From: an uncultured Acidobacteriota bacterium
GTDB lineage: Bacteria > Acidobacteriota > Thermoanaerobaculia > Gp7-AA8
Length of the DNA: 64,000 bases
Assembly: GCA_963741955.1 (NCBI GenBank)
Contig: CAVUKB010000004.1
Span: forward strand, 64,001-128,000
Direction of reading: 5' to 3'
Shown: positions 29,743 through 44,700 of the stretch, piece by piece
Layout of the letters: every line of letters begins with the position of its first letter
Numbering within the stretch: the first letter of the stretch is position 1
The notes under the pieces: model-generated
Seen by the model: only the letters and a program-made list of their open reading frames with translations
What the model was told of the DNA's origin: nothing
The model's database searches: none
Made by a program: the position numbers and the translations under genes

Positions 29743-32700
29743 GTGGCATTCCGCTCTCGCAATCGAATCGCTTCCGCTGCACTCCTGGCCCTCCTTGCAG
29801 TCCTTCTTCCGGTGCGATCCGCCCTGGCGGACTCCATCACCTCCGCCGATCTCCAGATCCAGGGGGCGAGCCTCGAGCTCGTGACCACCACCGCCACGGT
29901 CCAGAGGGGAACACCGGCCGTGATCCGCACGCGGTTCGGCGGAAAGGAAGGCGACGAAGCACCGTCGGTCGAAGGAGTCGTCGCGCAAGGCGATCTGACC
30001 GGCCCGGGCATCGACGCGCCGATCACCGTCACCACCGCACCGGGACATGCATTCCAGATCGCAGGGCTCACCCAGGAAGGCGTCTATTACCTCCAGAACG
30101 TCCGGCTCAACAGAGATGGCCAGCTCCTGCAGGTCGCGGTTCCATCGACCGCGGTCATTCAGGTCACCAACGCACTTCAGACCACCGTGACCGTGCGCCA
30201 GCTCACTCCCGACGAGCTGCGTGCCCGCGGCATCACCGTCGATCCATCCAACTACGACGTTTATGAGTACACGTTCTCGTTTCTCGTGAACGGACAGACG
30301 GTCGAAGTGCCGTACCCGGTCATCATCAATCGCACCACACGCGAAGCGACTCCGGTGACTCGGGAGAATCCGTACCAGCTCCCGACCGACGTCTCGACCC
30401 TCCCTCCTCGCTGGGGCGAGATGCCGGGGATCATTCCCACCGAGTTCGCGCCGCGGATCGATCTTCCGACTCCTCCTCCCCAGCTCGACGACTCGGGGCC
30501 CTCCGTCGAGCGGCCGTCGATCCACGCGGCGATCGTCATTCCGAACAGTCTCGCGGTGTTGCATCAGTTTTTCCTCGTCGGTCTGCTCGTCACGAACGGC
30601 GCCCCTGACGGCAGCAGTGTCACGCTCGACGGGATCACCGCCACCATCGACGCCCCGAATCAATTGCGCGTCGTGAAGAGCGATCCCCCTTCCACCGCCG
30701 GAGGCGCGGTGACCATCACCGAGCCGTCGACCGGGCAGACTTTCCTGGTCGCGCAGGCGCAGGGAAACGCCGAATGGACGCTCGAAGGACTTCACGCCGG
30801 TACCTGGACCGTCCATCTCGACGTCCGGGCGACGTTCCATTCCCCGGGACAGCCCGACATCGAGCTCGAGGCGACGCCGAGCGCAACGGTCGTCGTCCAC
30901 GACGCCCGCTTCAACGTCACGTTCTCCCATCCGGAGACGATCCGAAAGGGCCTCCAGTACTCGACGTACACATTCATCACCAACGTCAGTGACTCCGCGC
31001 AGGACGTGGTCCTCTCCGACGATGCGGTTCCTCTCTGCACACAGGGAACGTACGTCTCCAATGTCTGCCGCGCCGAGGGAACGCCGTCGTCGTTCTCGCT
31101 CCATCTCGAGCCCGGCGAGACGAAGAGTATCGAGTACAAACTCCAATCCAACCTGACCGGGTACGTCTTCGCGACCGCTGCGTCCATCGACGGCTCCGAC
31201 TCCGCAATCACCTCCGCCGCGTTCGACCTTTCGATGGGCGTCAGCCCGACCGGCGTCCCCCTCTCTCCGGTCACGCTCGTTCTCCCGTACTACGCGCGTC
31301 CTCCCTGGCTCTCGCAGAATTTCCTCGACGCGCAGCTCGGGCTTCTCGGGGTCGGTTACAGCCTCGCGACCGCGCCGTTCACGAAGCAGACCGCGAAATT
31401 TCCCCGCATCGTCACCACCGACGTCTTCACCCGCGCCGTCGACATCGCCCGCGCCGGCGAGCGCATCTTCATCGGAGAGGATCCCCGCGACGCTCTCGCG
31501 AACCTCTCTCTCGACCTCCTCGGCAATCAGTCGCCTCTTCCGGAGTGGGACCAGTTCCGCCGTCAGGAAGAAGCCGATCCGGCCGGCGACGTCGCACGCA
31601 ACGCGGCGAACGCGCTCGGTAATGAGATCTCGACGGCGTTCGGCGCCGACGGGACGTTCACGGACCTCGCGTCCCGCATCGCAGGCGCCGCCGGCTACCG
31701 CGACCCCTGGTTTCTCGCGAGCGTGCGCGGTCCCTCATCCTCCGGCAGCAGCCCCCTCCATCTGAAGCTCTCCAGCCCCGACGGCTCGATGAGTGGCACC
31801 GGGAGCGCGGCGTCGTGGGTTCGCACCATCCCTCGCGGCGAGATCCTTCCTCTCTCCGCTTCGGCCGAGAGCGGAGAGCTCGCGCTCGTAGGCTCGAGCC
31901 CCGGCGCGATCGATCTCGAGATCACCGCATCCGAAGCGGTCAGCGGCACCCTCGATCTCGTCTTTCCCTCGGCGGACGGCACGTCGCTGATTCACGCATC
32001 CGCACCGGTGAACGCGGCTGCGGGGCAGGTCTTCACTCTGTCGATTCGGAACGGCCTCGTGACCAGCGGAGACCTCGCATTCCTTACCGATACTCCGGTC
32101 GTCGAGCCGCTGCGCATCGTCGCTGCGCGCCAGGATCTTCACCTCGACGCAGACGGTCACGTGGTGACGGTTCTCCTCAACCGGCCTCTCGAGAATCCTC
32201 CTTCGGACTTCGTTCCGCTCTTCGACACCGACGTGTCGCTCGATGCCGCGAAGTTCGGCGTCGGATACTCCGGAAAACGTGCGCTCGCCGGCGCCGCTCT
32301 GCAGGCCGACGGACGGACCATTCGACTGAACTACGACAGCGCACTCTCCGGCGACGCCAGCTACGTCATCCACACCACCGGCATCGTCGATCCGGCAAGT
32401 CCGTCCGACGTCGTTCCGCAGGTCGAGCTTCGTGATTCCGCGCTCATCCTCGGGACGGTGATCGACGGATCCAATCTCCCCATTCCCGGCGCCGACGTCA
32501 GGATCGCGACGTTCACCGGAATCCAATGGATGACCGCGGACGCCGATGGCCGCTTCCTCTTCGAGTACGTGCCGCGAATCATCGACGGCCCCGAGGTCGG
32601 TGGAAACTACCACCTCGAAGCGTACGCGAACCAGAAGAAGGCGGAGCTCGATGGGACCGTTCGCCTCCTGCACACCCTCAATTTCGTGAACATCTCATTC

Positions 32701-35700
32701 CTCGGTCGTGGCTCCGCGGAAGGGTATGTCCGGTACGACAATGGAGAGCCGGTCTCCGGCGCGACAGTCGTGGTCGGAAGCACGATGTTCAATCAGTTCC
32801 GGAGAACGACCACGGACGCGGCGGGGCACTACGCGGTGACCGATCTTCCGGTCGGGCCTCTCACGTTCAGCGCGCAGGATGCGGACGGCAACGTCGCGTT
32901 CGCGGCGGGAGAGATCCGCTCCGCCGGTCAGGCGGTCCTGCAGGACATCTCCATCTACCGGCGGCCGTTTCCCGGGACCGGAACGGTACGTGGACGCATC
33001 GTCCGGAGCGACGATGGAACACCCGTTGCCGGGGCCCACGTCGGTGTCTACAGCCAGGGATACGGCCTGCGCGACGCGTACACGGGAAGCGACGGCAAAT
33101 TCGAATTCACCAGCGTTCCTTCGGGGTTCGTGACCGTTCTCGCCGAGGACTACCAGGTCGCGCCGCAGTCGATCGCAGTCGATTTCGATCTGAAGACGGA
33201 CGAGGTTCACGAGACGGGCGACCTCGCTCTCGCGATCGCATCGGGTGTGACGTACGTCCAGGTGGAAGGCGACGTGACGACCGAGGATCCGTTGATCCCC
33301 GGTTCGTACGCACCGGTCCCCGGGGCGATCGTCCAGATCTCGGGACTGCCGGCCGCGGTCGCTGACGCGAGCGGCCATTACACATACGCCTCGGTTCCTC
33401 AGTCGTTCAGCGGGAGAAAGATTCGTGGATACGATCCTTCGACCGGAAGGATGGCGGAGGTTCCGCTTCCTTCGCTCAACGCCGGCACGAATGCTGTGCC
33501 GATCGTCATTCCGCGCGACGCGGGGTCGGGGACCGGAACGATTCGGGTGCATCTCCTGGCGGCCGACGGCTCGCCCGTCGTCGGGTACCACGTCTTCGAA
33601 TCGGGATTCCCGACTCTCGAATCGGTCGAGAAGGAGAACGGCGTCTACGAGTTCGCCGGAGTCCAGGTCGGCCGGCGGCTCACTCCGATCATGGCCACGC
33701 CCCCGGGCGGGTACGACTCCCGGTACGGATATCAGTTCACATCCGGCACCGCGTCGGTCTCGTTTCCGGAACAGATCTCGACTCTGACGCTTCGTCTGCC
33801 CGGCCAGGGCTCGGTCCGCGCACGCATTCAGCAGCAGACGGAGGCGGGTGTCCTGATTCAGATCGCAGGGCAGCTGAAGCTTCGCCTTCGAAGGTGGAGT
33901 GACGTGGTGCAGGGTGTGAAGCTGGTCGAAGTGACCGCCTCCACCGACGGATCGACCGACGCCGTCTTCGATCAGGTTCCGGCGGGAGAGGATCATCTCC
34001 TCGAGACCTTCGATTCGGTCGGGTACGACAGCGACAACGTGCGTATCAACTACGACGGCGAGGTCGCTTCGCGGACTCTCACCCTCTCCAGCTTGTCCAG
34101 TGTGAGGGGTCACGTCTTCACTATCGACGGATTCACTCCGGTCCCCGGTGCGGCGGTCCGCCTGGTCGACTCGGCGCAGGACCACGGCTGGATCACGACG
34201 GGCCTGGACGGCAGCTTCGAATTTCGCAACGTGACGTCCGGCTCGGGCTTCACGGTCACGGCCGAATGGACGCAGAACGGGATCTTCAGAACCGCACGCC
34301 TCACCGGCACGACGCCAGTGAATGGAGGGCGGATCGACGACCTCTCGCTGGTCCTGATGCGCCAGGGCTCCGTGGAGGGGACGATCGTCGATGCGGGCGG
34401 TGCGCCGATCCCGTTCGCCCTCTTCTGGATCCGCGAGCTCGATTTTCCCTCCAGGACCTTCGGATCGAAGAGCGAGCCGCTGAAGGCGGACCAGAACGGC
34501 CGGTTCCGCGTCAACGGAATCTTCGCCGTCCCGTTCCGGATCGACGCCCGGGATCCGATCAACGATCAGCTCACCGGAGCCTGGAGCGGCAGGATCGACG
34601 ACGAGGGTCAGGTCGTGACTCCGACCATCACCGTCGGCGGAGCCGGCGTCGGCACAGTCCGGGTGGTGGTGGTCGACCCGAATGCTTCATACGCGCCGGT
34701 CGCCAACGCCGAAGTCTCGCTGGTTCGAGAGTCGACGCTGTTCGATTTCGCAACGACCGACGGTACGGGTACGGTCGTCTTCCAGGGCGTTCCGGCCGCG
34801 CAGACGTATACGCTCGACGCCTATTCGAAGGCGCTCGCGAAATCGGGATCGGCTTCGTCGTTCACGGTCGCGGCCGACTCGACTCTCGAAGAACAGATCA
34901 CTCTCGTCTTCAGCGGTGAAGTGACCGGAACGCTGAGCGATCCGGAGAACGCCTCTGCGCCGATCGCCGGTGCGAGCGTGACGCTGCACGGCGACCATTA
35001 CGATACGCGGACCTCCACCCTCGGATCAGGGGCGTTCGTCTTCGGCGGCGTGCGTGAGGGGATGTTCCGTCTCGAAGCGCGCGATCCTCTCTCGATTCGC
35101 CGCGCGACGGGTACGGGGGCGGTCAGCACGGCGCAGCCGACCGTCATCGTCGACCTGCAGCTCGAGCCGACGTCGATTCTCACCGTCGATGCGTTCCTCC
35201 CCGACGACGCGGGTAATCCCTCTTCGACACTCGCGCCTCTGGTCACCATCGACGTCAGCCAGCACTCTCTCGGTGGGGCGTATCTCCGCAGCTCGCAGAC
35301 GAATGGAGCGGAGTTCCCCGGTCTCCTCCGTGGCGTGTCGTACGACGTCGTAGTCCACGAGATCGGCGGCCTGCAACGGGTGGTCGGTAGCAGCGGTACG
35401 TTCGACGCGAACACCGCGACGAAGACGCTCAACCTCGTCTTCAAGGCGACCGGCTCCGTGATCGTGCACGTGATGCAGGGGAGTCCCGCGGCTCCCGCTC
35501 CGAACGTCCGCGTCACCGCCTCCAGCGTCGGATCGTCCATCAGCGGCTACACCGACGCGAATGGAACGGTGACCCTGAACGGCGTCCCGCTCGGGACGAG
35601 CGTGTCGCTCCAGGCGACGACCGGTGGCATCTCGCCGCTGACAGGCGCGGGATCCGTTTCACTCGCCAGCCAGAGCCAGCCGGCCGAAGCGACGATCCTT

Positions 35701-38700
35701 CTCGGCTCCTACAGCGGTGTGACCGGTTACGTCGAAGCCGAAGAAGGGGGCGCGTCTCAGTCGACGCGCGTCCTCGCGATCTACGACGGCGTGACCCTCG
35801 AAACGCGGACCGACGTGACCGGTCGCTACACCTTGCAGGGGATCGCGACACCGCTCGCAGGCATCGACGTCCGCCTCACATACCTCGGCCCGGACGATCA
35901 GACCATCGGTGCGACGCAGAGCGTGCACCTCGCGAACGGTGCGGGTCTCGTCGAAGCTCCCGCAGTGCGTCTCGACTCCACCCCGCCGCACCTCGACTCG
36001 ATCTTCCCCGCGGACGGCGCGAGCTCCGTCGCTCCCGACACACAGCTGCGGTTCACGTTCAGTCGGGCGATCCAGTCGAACCAGCTGAACAACGGCTACT
36101 TCCAGCTCTTCGAAGTCGCGACCAGCGCACAGGTGAGCCTGACCCTCGCGTCGGCCGTCCTGCAACCGGATGGGAGCGAGATCGTCTCGTTCGCACCTCC
36201 GCTGCCACCTCCCGGGCAGACGTTCCCGCTCCGCAGCAAGACGCTGTACCGCATCCGCGTCTCGGGTCAGCTGCAGGATACCGCCGGTCACGCGCTCGGC
36301 GCAGACCTCGGCGCGAGCTTCACCACGAGTGACTACAGCAATCCACAGGTGGTGAAAGTCGAGCCGTCACCGAAGCTCCCGCTGACGAAGCAGGGACTTC
36401 GTTTCGGAGTGACGTTCAGCAAGCCTCTCGATCCGGCGCCATGGCAGGCCGGAGGCAGCGGCGTCATGCAGCTCGTCCGGATCGACGCGATCGGCGGACA
36501 GCCGGTCGGGACTCCCGTCACCGGGACGATTCAGCTCGATCCCGACACCGCAGCCACACTCTGGTTCGGACCCGGGGAGACGCTCTCTCCCGCATCGTTC
36601 TACCGGCTGTCGATCAGCGGCGTGAAAGACACTGAGGGTCGCGGGCTCGTCGACGACCATGGCGCGCCCCTCTCCGTATGGACTCAGGACTTCTTCACGT
36701 ACGACGAGACGGCGCCGGTGGTGACGCTCACCCCACCACTTCTCAACGGTGTCGCGATCGGCGAGGCCGATCCGCTCTACACCGGGGTTCTCTACACGTT
36801 CCCCCTCTCCGCGACGAATCCCGACGGGTCCGCAGCGACGGATCTTGCGCGAGTCGACTTCTTCGTGGTCGACGATTCCGGACACGAGACGTTGCTCGGC
36901 AACCATCCGCTGGCCAGCGTCGCTCTGTCGCTTCCCTCGGGCTCCACCAGCTTCACGCTGAAAGCGGTGGCGACCGACCTTTCGGGCAACGTGAGTGCTC
37001 CCGCCACGCGTAGCTGGAGCGTGCAGGAGATTCCGGCGCTCTCGATCGCGGCGACCTCGTTCGCTCCTGCGACCATCTACGCGGGGAACACCGTGACCGA
37101 GACGATCTTGATTGCGGGCGGTGCGCTCGACGCGACCGTCTCCGTCAACGTGACCGCTGAAGGTTCTCCGACCACCGTCGCCTCCGCGACCCAGGCGCTG
37201 CATCGGGCTGCATTCGGCGATCCGTGGTCGCCGGTCGCGCTGGAGCTCCCGATCCCGAGCGGTGTTGCCGCGGGGTCACTCCTCCACTTCGTCGCCACGG
37301 TCGTCGACGCGCGTGGCGTACCTCTCTCGCGCGATGACGCGATTCAGCTCGCGGCGGACGCAGGCGCTCCGTCGATCGACACCCCGACGATCGAGGTCGT
37401 GCACTCCACCGTCTCCGGCTCGCCGGTCGATCGCTTCAACGGCGGCGACACGTACCGCGTCCACGTCCTCACGTCCGACGCGGAGACCGGAATCTCGTCC
37501 GTGGTCTTCCACGTCGACGGCGTCGATTTCACAGTGACCAGCGGCGTCTGGAGGAGCGATCTCTCCAGGTGGGAGTTCGTCTCGCCGACGATCACCGCAG
37601 AGGCGCGCAACAACGACACGACCATCCAGATCGCCGCGACCGCGCACGATTTCGGCGGGAACGACGCGACGTCGGCGACGCAGATCACGTACAACGGCCT
37701 CCACGATCCGAATGCGCCGACGGTAGGCTGGATCCAGCCCCTCGACGGCGCCGCATGGCCCGCATCACACGCTGGCTTCACGACGCGACTGCGCGTGTAC
37801 GCGAGGTCGGCACTTCCGCTCGCGGGGACGTTCGATGTCCCCGGCGCCGGAACGGTCACCGCCATCCGCGGTACCGATGAGCTCTACGCCGACCTCACGT
37901 CGTTCGACACTCCGGCAGCCGGAACGACGCTCGACATCGTCGCCCACGTCAATGACGGCGACGGCGGCCACGCGGTCGACCTCCCGATCTCCGTCCATCT
38001 CGTCGACGTCACGCAGACCATCGGAAGCGGCCAGACGATCGCGGTCGACGCGACACATCCGCTGTCCGGTGACTCGATTATCGTCGATGGCGGCCAGCTC
38101 GTGCCGCACATCCCGCTCGCGCTGTCGAACCTGATCGTGATGAACGGTGGAGTCGTCAAGACGGTGCGATCGACCACCACTGCCGATCAGAAGCTCGACC
38201 TCACCGTCTCGGATCACCTCTACATCGACGCGGCCTCTTCCATCGACGTGACCGCGTGCGGATACCTCGGCGGCCACCAGCAGAATTTCGATCTCACCGG
38301 CACCAATGACGACGCCCGCGGAATGACTCTCGGACGGACCGTCGAAGGCGGCACACAGCCCGGTGCGTCTGCGTCCTACGCAGGCCTCGGCGGTGAGCCG
38401 CAGAGCGGTCTTACGAACCCGGTGTACGGATCCATCACCGATCCCTCCGATCTCGGGAGCGGCGGCGGTGCGGCCAGTGCGACGGGAGGGAGTGCGGCCG
38501 GCGGTCAGGGCGGCGGCGCCACCTCGCTGACTGCGCCTTCCGGCGCCCGCGTCGCGATTGCCGGCGTCATTCTCGCGAACGGCGAGGATGGTGTGGGCCG
38601 CGGCGGTGCCGGTTCCGGCGGCGGCATCTCCATTCACGTCGACTCGATCGTTCTCGGCGCGGCCTCACGTCTCGCGGCCAACGGCGGCGACGACGACGCG

Positions 38701-41700
38701 GCGGATCAGACCTCGCGCGGCGGCGGAGGCGGACGTGTCGCGATCTCCGCGACGTCCCTCCTCGATATCGATACGGCGAATCCGCCGCACGTGAAAGCTC
38801 GCGGCGGACGGAACCGCGGAGGGGAGATCGCCAGTGCGCTCGACGGCGGCGCGGGAACGATCTATCTCCGCGCGCCGGGTGCGACCGACGGAATGCTCGA
38901 AGTCTCCTCGCTCGATCCGCGATACCCGACGTCGATTCACCTCACCCGGCCGACGCCCTTGAGTGATGCGACCGGAGCGCTCTCGTTCGATGCGATGGCC
39001 GTCGGCCCGCGCGCGCTCGTGCGCGCCGACGCGCAGCTCACCATCGGCGGAGTCACTGATGATGTTTCGAAGGCGGCGGTCGATCCGACGGCAGTCCTCG
39101 TGCTGCAGAACCAGCAGCCTTCGATCTCGCTCAGTACCACACCCGGTGAAGGGTCGTCTCTGATCCAGGGATCGTCACTGAACGTGACTTACGACGCCAC
39201 ATCGCTCTCGGGCGTGGGCGAGGTCCGGCTTCAGTGGTCGCCGGTGACGCCCGATCGCGTCGACCCGTTCACGTCGTACCCGGCAGACACCGGGTTCAAA
39301 GGTGCGGCGCTCGCGATTCCGGTCGATGCGGTTGCCGGCTCCACGGCGACGCTCGCGCTCGGGGCGACCGATCGCGCCGGACGCAGCGTCGATTCGGCTC
39401 CGCTCAGCTACACGATCGTCGCGAACAGTGCACCTGTGATCGACCGCTTCGACGTCACCGCGCCGTCGCCTCTCTATCCCGGCGCACGTGTCACCGTCAC
39501 GATTGACGCACACGACGACCTCTCGGTCACGAAGCTGGCGCTCGACAGCCAGATCGGCTCGGGCGTGGTGAATACACAGTCCGTGACGCCGAACACCAGC
39601 GCGATCCTTCAGAACTTCACGATCGATATTCCGAAGGACATTCCGGCCGGCGCGACGACGCTCACACTCACCCTCTCCGTGGAAGACGCCTTCCCCGCAC
39701 GGAGCGCGACGGTCCAGACGCAGACGCTCACCATCACTCCTGATACCGCGGCGCCCACGGTGCAGATCACCGCACCGGCAACGGGCGCGCTCTTCAACGA
39801 AGGGAGTGGCAACACCATCCACGTCGTCGCCACCGCGACGGACGTCGAGACCGGCATTGCGCAGATCACGGCAACGATCGAGAGCGGCACGACGGCATCG
39901 ATGACCGCGACCGGCAATCCGAACGAGTACGCCACCGACCTCCCGGTGCCGAACGTGGTCGGCGACCAGGACGTCACGAAGCAGATCACCGTCACCGCGA
40001 CGGATTACGCCACGCATTCGACTGCGATGATGCTGCCGGTCACCATCCATCCGCTCGTCGATCCGACTGCCCCGGTCATCACCTGGGCCTGCGGCACCAC
40101 CGGCGCGATGTTCCCGGTCGGATACACCGCGCAGCTCAGCATCACCGCGACGCCTCCGGCGAGCGGAAACGCGGTCGAGAGCGTGACGTTCTTCGACGGC
40201 ACGAACAGCTACCCGGCCACGCAGAATGGCACGACCTGGAGCATCTCTTACGTGATTCCCGACGTCGGCGACGGCACAGCGATCCCCATCAGCGTCACCG
40301 CGACCGCGCAGGGCGGCGCCGCGGCCGACGCACAGACCTCCATCACCGCAATCGTCGCCGACAAGACCATCACCTCAGATACGACGATCCTCGACGGCGA
40401 CGCGACGTACGACAACCAGACGGTGGTTGTCGAGGGCGGTAGCCTGACTCTCGACGGAGACCATACGTTCACGAGATTCATCGTCCTCTCCAGCGCCGTC
40501 GTCACACATCTTCCGACCAACGCTTCAGGAGAGCACCATCTCGGCGTTACCGCTGACCGCGTGTTCGTCGCCTGCGGAGCCAGAGTCGATATCACGGCAC
40601 GCGGATACTCCGGCTGGACGAATGGCCAGGCAGCCACGTGGCCGAACAGATTCGACAACGGCAGCAGTGGCTACTCCGGCGGGAGCCACGGTGGAATTGG
40701 CGGTAACTATTCGGGAACACCGGCGCCGGTGTATGACTCCGTCTACGAGCCGCACGAACCGGGAGGCGCGGGAGCCGGATCGCCCAATAGTCAGGGTGGC
40801 GGTGTCGTGCGAATCGACAGCTCGACGCTGACGTTGGACGGATCGATCGTCGCGAATGGAACTGTCGATGGAGGTTCCTACGCTATCTCGGGTGGTGGTG
40901 CAGGAGGCACTGTCCTGATCCATACGGGCTCGATGTCGGGTGTCGGCCAAATCTCCGCTGATGGTTCAACAGGCCTGTGGCAAACGAGCGGCTACTATGC
41001 GCCCGGTGGGGGCGGGGGCGGGCGCGTGGCGATCTATCACCGGAATCCGTTGGAATTCGACGAATCGAAAATTTCGGCCCTGGGAGGGCACGGCCGGCCG
41101 TCAGGTGCAGCTGGGACGATCTATCTATGCACGGTCGATCAGGCCGGCGCGAAGGTCTCCAACAAGCTCGTGATCAGGAACGTGGAGACGGGTCGCACGA
41201 CGGAGTTGCCATCTCTCGGCGCGGGTCGGATCTCTGCCTTCGATGCAACCACCGGGGTTATTCTGACGGACCGGCCGACTGAGATTCCATCGTATCTCGT
41301 CGGCAACGGGGTCAAGATCTGGGCGGCTGACGGTTCTACCCTGAAGGGATATTCGAACCTTCGAAGCGTTCTATTCGATTCGTCTTCCGGACTCGCGAGT
41401 TTCTCGCTGAATTCGGGCGACATCGGCTCGCTCGCGCTCCAGCCGACCGATCAATGGCGCGGTGTCTACCGGGTCGACGAGTTGTCGGTCGATGGAGCGG
41501 TTCTTCTGTCCGAAGATCTACTCGAAAGCGGCAATCCACCCGAATTGACGCATGGCGGCTCGATCGAAGGCAGCAATGAGGCGGCACCTTCCGTCGATGC
41601 GAGTCGCATAAGTCTTCTCTTGAGCAGTATCGGGTACAGCGTCGTCGGGACCGTGGGGGCCGTCGCCGATCCGGATCAACCGGTCCACGTGACTGTCACG

Positions 41701-44700
41701 AATGAAAGAAGTGGCGATTCGTGGGAAACCACCGCGGAGTCGGATGGGAGCTTTGCCGTCGTGGTGAACGGTCAGATGGACGACGCGATTTCGCTTCAGG
41801 CCCGAGACTCGAGCTACTTCGCCATGACGTCCGGCACGATCGAGGTCGGTACCTTGCCCGCGGATGCACCTGCGAGTTCGTCTGTCGATCCCGCAGCCTG
41901 GGGCGTCGATGCGGCATTCCGTGTCCGGAGCGTCGCGGCCGGATGGCACCGGTTGCTCGTAGGCGGCCGGCCTTTCTACGCCGGATCCTGGAGCGGTCAC
42001 TCCGATAATCTCGCGATACTCGATACGACGAATACCGCTTCTCCCGGGCTCATTGGGAAGCTCTCAGTCGGCAACGGTTGGATCAGGGACATACTGGTTC
42101 GAGACGACAAGGCATACCTGGCCTGTGATGATCTGCGAGTCATCGATCTGGCAGGGCCAGTGCCCACGGTGGCCGTGCCCGACCGTGCCGTGAGTGGGAA
42201 CGCGATGGCGGTGGCGGTCGACGGCGGCAACGCGTGGGTTTCGAGCGATCAGGGCGACGGGCGGTTGACTCTCTTCGATGTGACGGATCCGTTCCATGCA
42301 CGCTTTGTGGTCGAACGCAGCATGATGTCCGGAGTCACCTTTACCGGTCTTTTCGACCCTGGCCCGAACTATCTCATCGCCACCTCTCCGAATCGGACCA
42401 ACAGCGGGACCTTGGGGCACGATGTCGTCGTCATCGATCGCCGCAATTCGACGGCTCCGACCATCGCTGCGGATCTCGACATCCCCGCATTCGACGCGAG
42501 ATCGGGCGTGCTCGTCGGTAATCTCTTGTACCTCGCCGGCTTCGACACCGGATTCGCCATTGTCGATGTGTCCGATCCGGCACACCCGGTGACTCGAAGC
42601 GTCAACCCGATCGGATATGTGCGTGGTGTTTACGTCGCAGGCACGGATGCTTACGTGACCGTGGGGACGAGACTCGAAATGTTCGATATTTCCGATCCCA
42701 TGACGCCGGTGCTCGAAGGTATTACGGACCTTCCAGGAGACGGATGGGAGATCGAGAGGACCGGCGACATGCTCTATGTAGCGGCCGATACGACGCTGTC
42801 GATCGTGTCTGCGTCGCCGTCACCGTCCGTCGATGCGTATCTATTCACTGTGAACGGACCGACAGGTGTTGCCGAAGTGCACGGACAGCCGAACGCTATC
42901 GTGGGCGTCGCGCCACTGACGGTCGAGCTACGTGACGTCGCCCGCGGATCATCGACGGCGGGTATTTCCGTGGCCGCCGATGGAAGTGTAGACGGATCGA
43001 TCGCCGCGCAACCTGGGGATGAGGTCGAAGTCATCGCCACGGATTCGCTCGGTCGGTCAAGTCTGGTCGTGACGATCGGCTCGGTGCCGTTTGGAACCGG
43101 AGACGTCACGGTACCGATCACGTATGGGATGACGAACAACGACGTCAACTTCCGTGCACGGCTGCTGGAGGTGGAAGGGACGAACCTGATCACGACCGGA
43201 TGGCACGACACGGACAAGGTGGTGCGATTCGATCTGACGGATCCGCGTTCGCCGGGGTACGTGGAGACGATCAACGTCGGCAACGGGAAAATCTGGGATG
43301 TCGCGCTGCGGAACGGGTATGCGTATGTGGCGGCGAGCTACTTGCGGGTGCTCAATTTGAACGTGACGCCAGCGACGGAGTTCACGCCAGACGCAGGCAG
43401 CCTCAACACGGCGGTATCGGTAGCGGTGGACGGAACGTACGCATTCGTCGGCGCGGACGGAACGAGCGGATGGATTCAGATTCTGGACGTGAGCAACCCG
43501 GAAGCGCCGCACTGGATCCGGAGGCAGAGTCTGGGCGGAGGAGTGAACTTCCACAAGCTGATCACGCTGGGAACCGACTACCTGATCGGGATCACCCCGC
43601 AGGGGAACAACGATATCTGGATCATCGACCGGCGGGACATCAACAACCTTCGGGTGGTGGCGCAGCTGTCGATACCCGGGATGACGGCAAGCACGGCGAG
43701 GCTCGAGGGAAACACGCTCTACGTGATCCACAGGGGGAGTGGGAACGGCGTGGCTGCAGTCGATGTGACGAACCCCGCGTCTCCGACGCTGCTCTGGACC
43801 TCGGCGACGGGAGGGCTCGGCTTCGGTCTGGATGTGGCCGGGTCGACGCTGGCGGTGGGGGATGGGAGTTCGGGAGTGAGTCTGCTCGATGCGAGCGGTC
43901 CGGGTGGCGCTACGCTGAAGGGGACGCAAACGTTACCGGGAACCAGCTGGGATGCGCGGTTCGCGAACGGAGCCTTGTACGTCGCGCACGAGACCGGGAT
44001 CAGCGTGATCTCGGGTGTCGTCGCACCGCCGGTGATCGACGTTTCGGGAATCACCGTGGCGCAGACGAGCGGCGGTGGTCTGGTGAACGGCGGCGTGAGA
44101 TCCGTGACGGGAACGGGCGCCCTGAGTGTGACTCTGCGAAACGAGACGAGCGCCGCAACGTCAAGCAGTGTTGCAGTCTCCGCCGATGGGAGTTTCAGTG
44201 CGACGGTGAGCGGAGTACCAGGCGATCGTATCAGCGTCACGGTAACGGATGATTCGGGTCGGTCCACCGGCCCGACAGTGATCGGAGCGATCCCGTTCGG
44301 CGGTGCGATAACGACGGTACCGATCACGTATGGGATGACGAACAACGACGTCAACTTCCGTGCACGGCTGCTGGAGGTGGAAGGGACGAACCTGATCACG
44401 ACCGGATGGCACGACACGGACAAGGTGGTGCGATTCGATCTGACGGATCCGCGTTCGCCGGGGTACGTGGAGACGATCAACGTCGGCAACGGGAAAATCT
44501 GGGATGTCGCGCTGCGGAACGGGTATGCGTATGTGGCGGCGAGCTACTTGCGGGTGCTCAATTTGAACGTGACGCCAGCGACGGAGTTCACGCCAGACGC
44601 AGGCAGCCTCAACACGGCGGTATCGGTAGCGGTGGACGGAACGTACGCATTCGTCGGCGCGGACGGAACGAGCGGATGGATTCAGATTCTGGACGTGAGC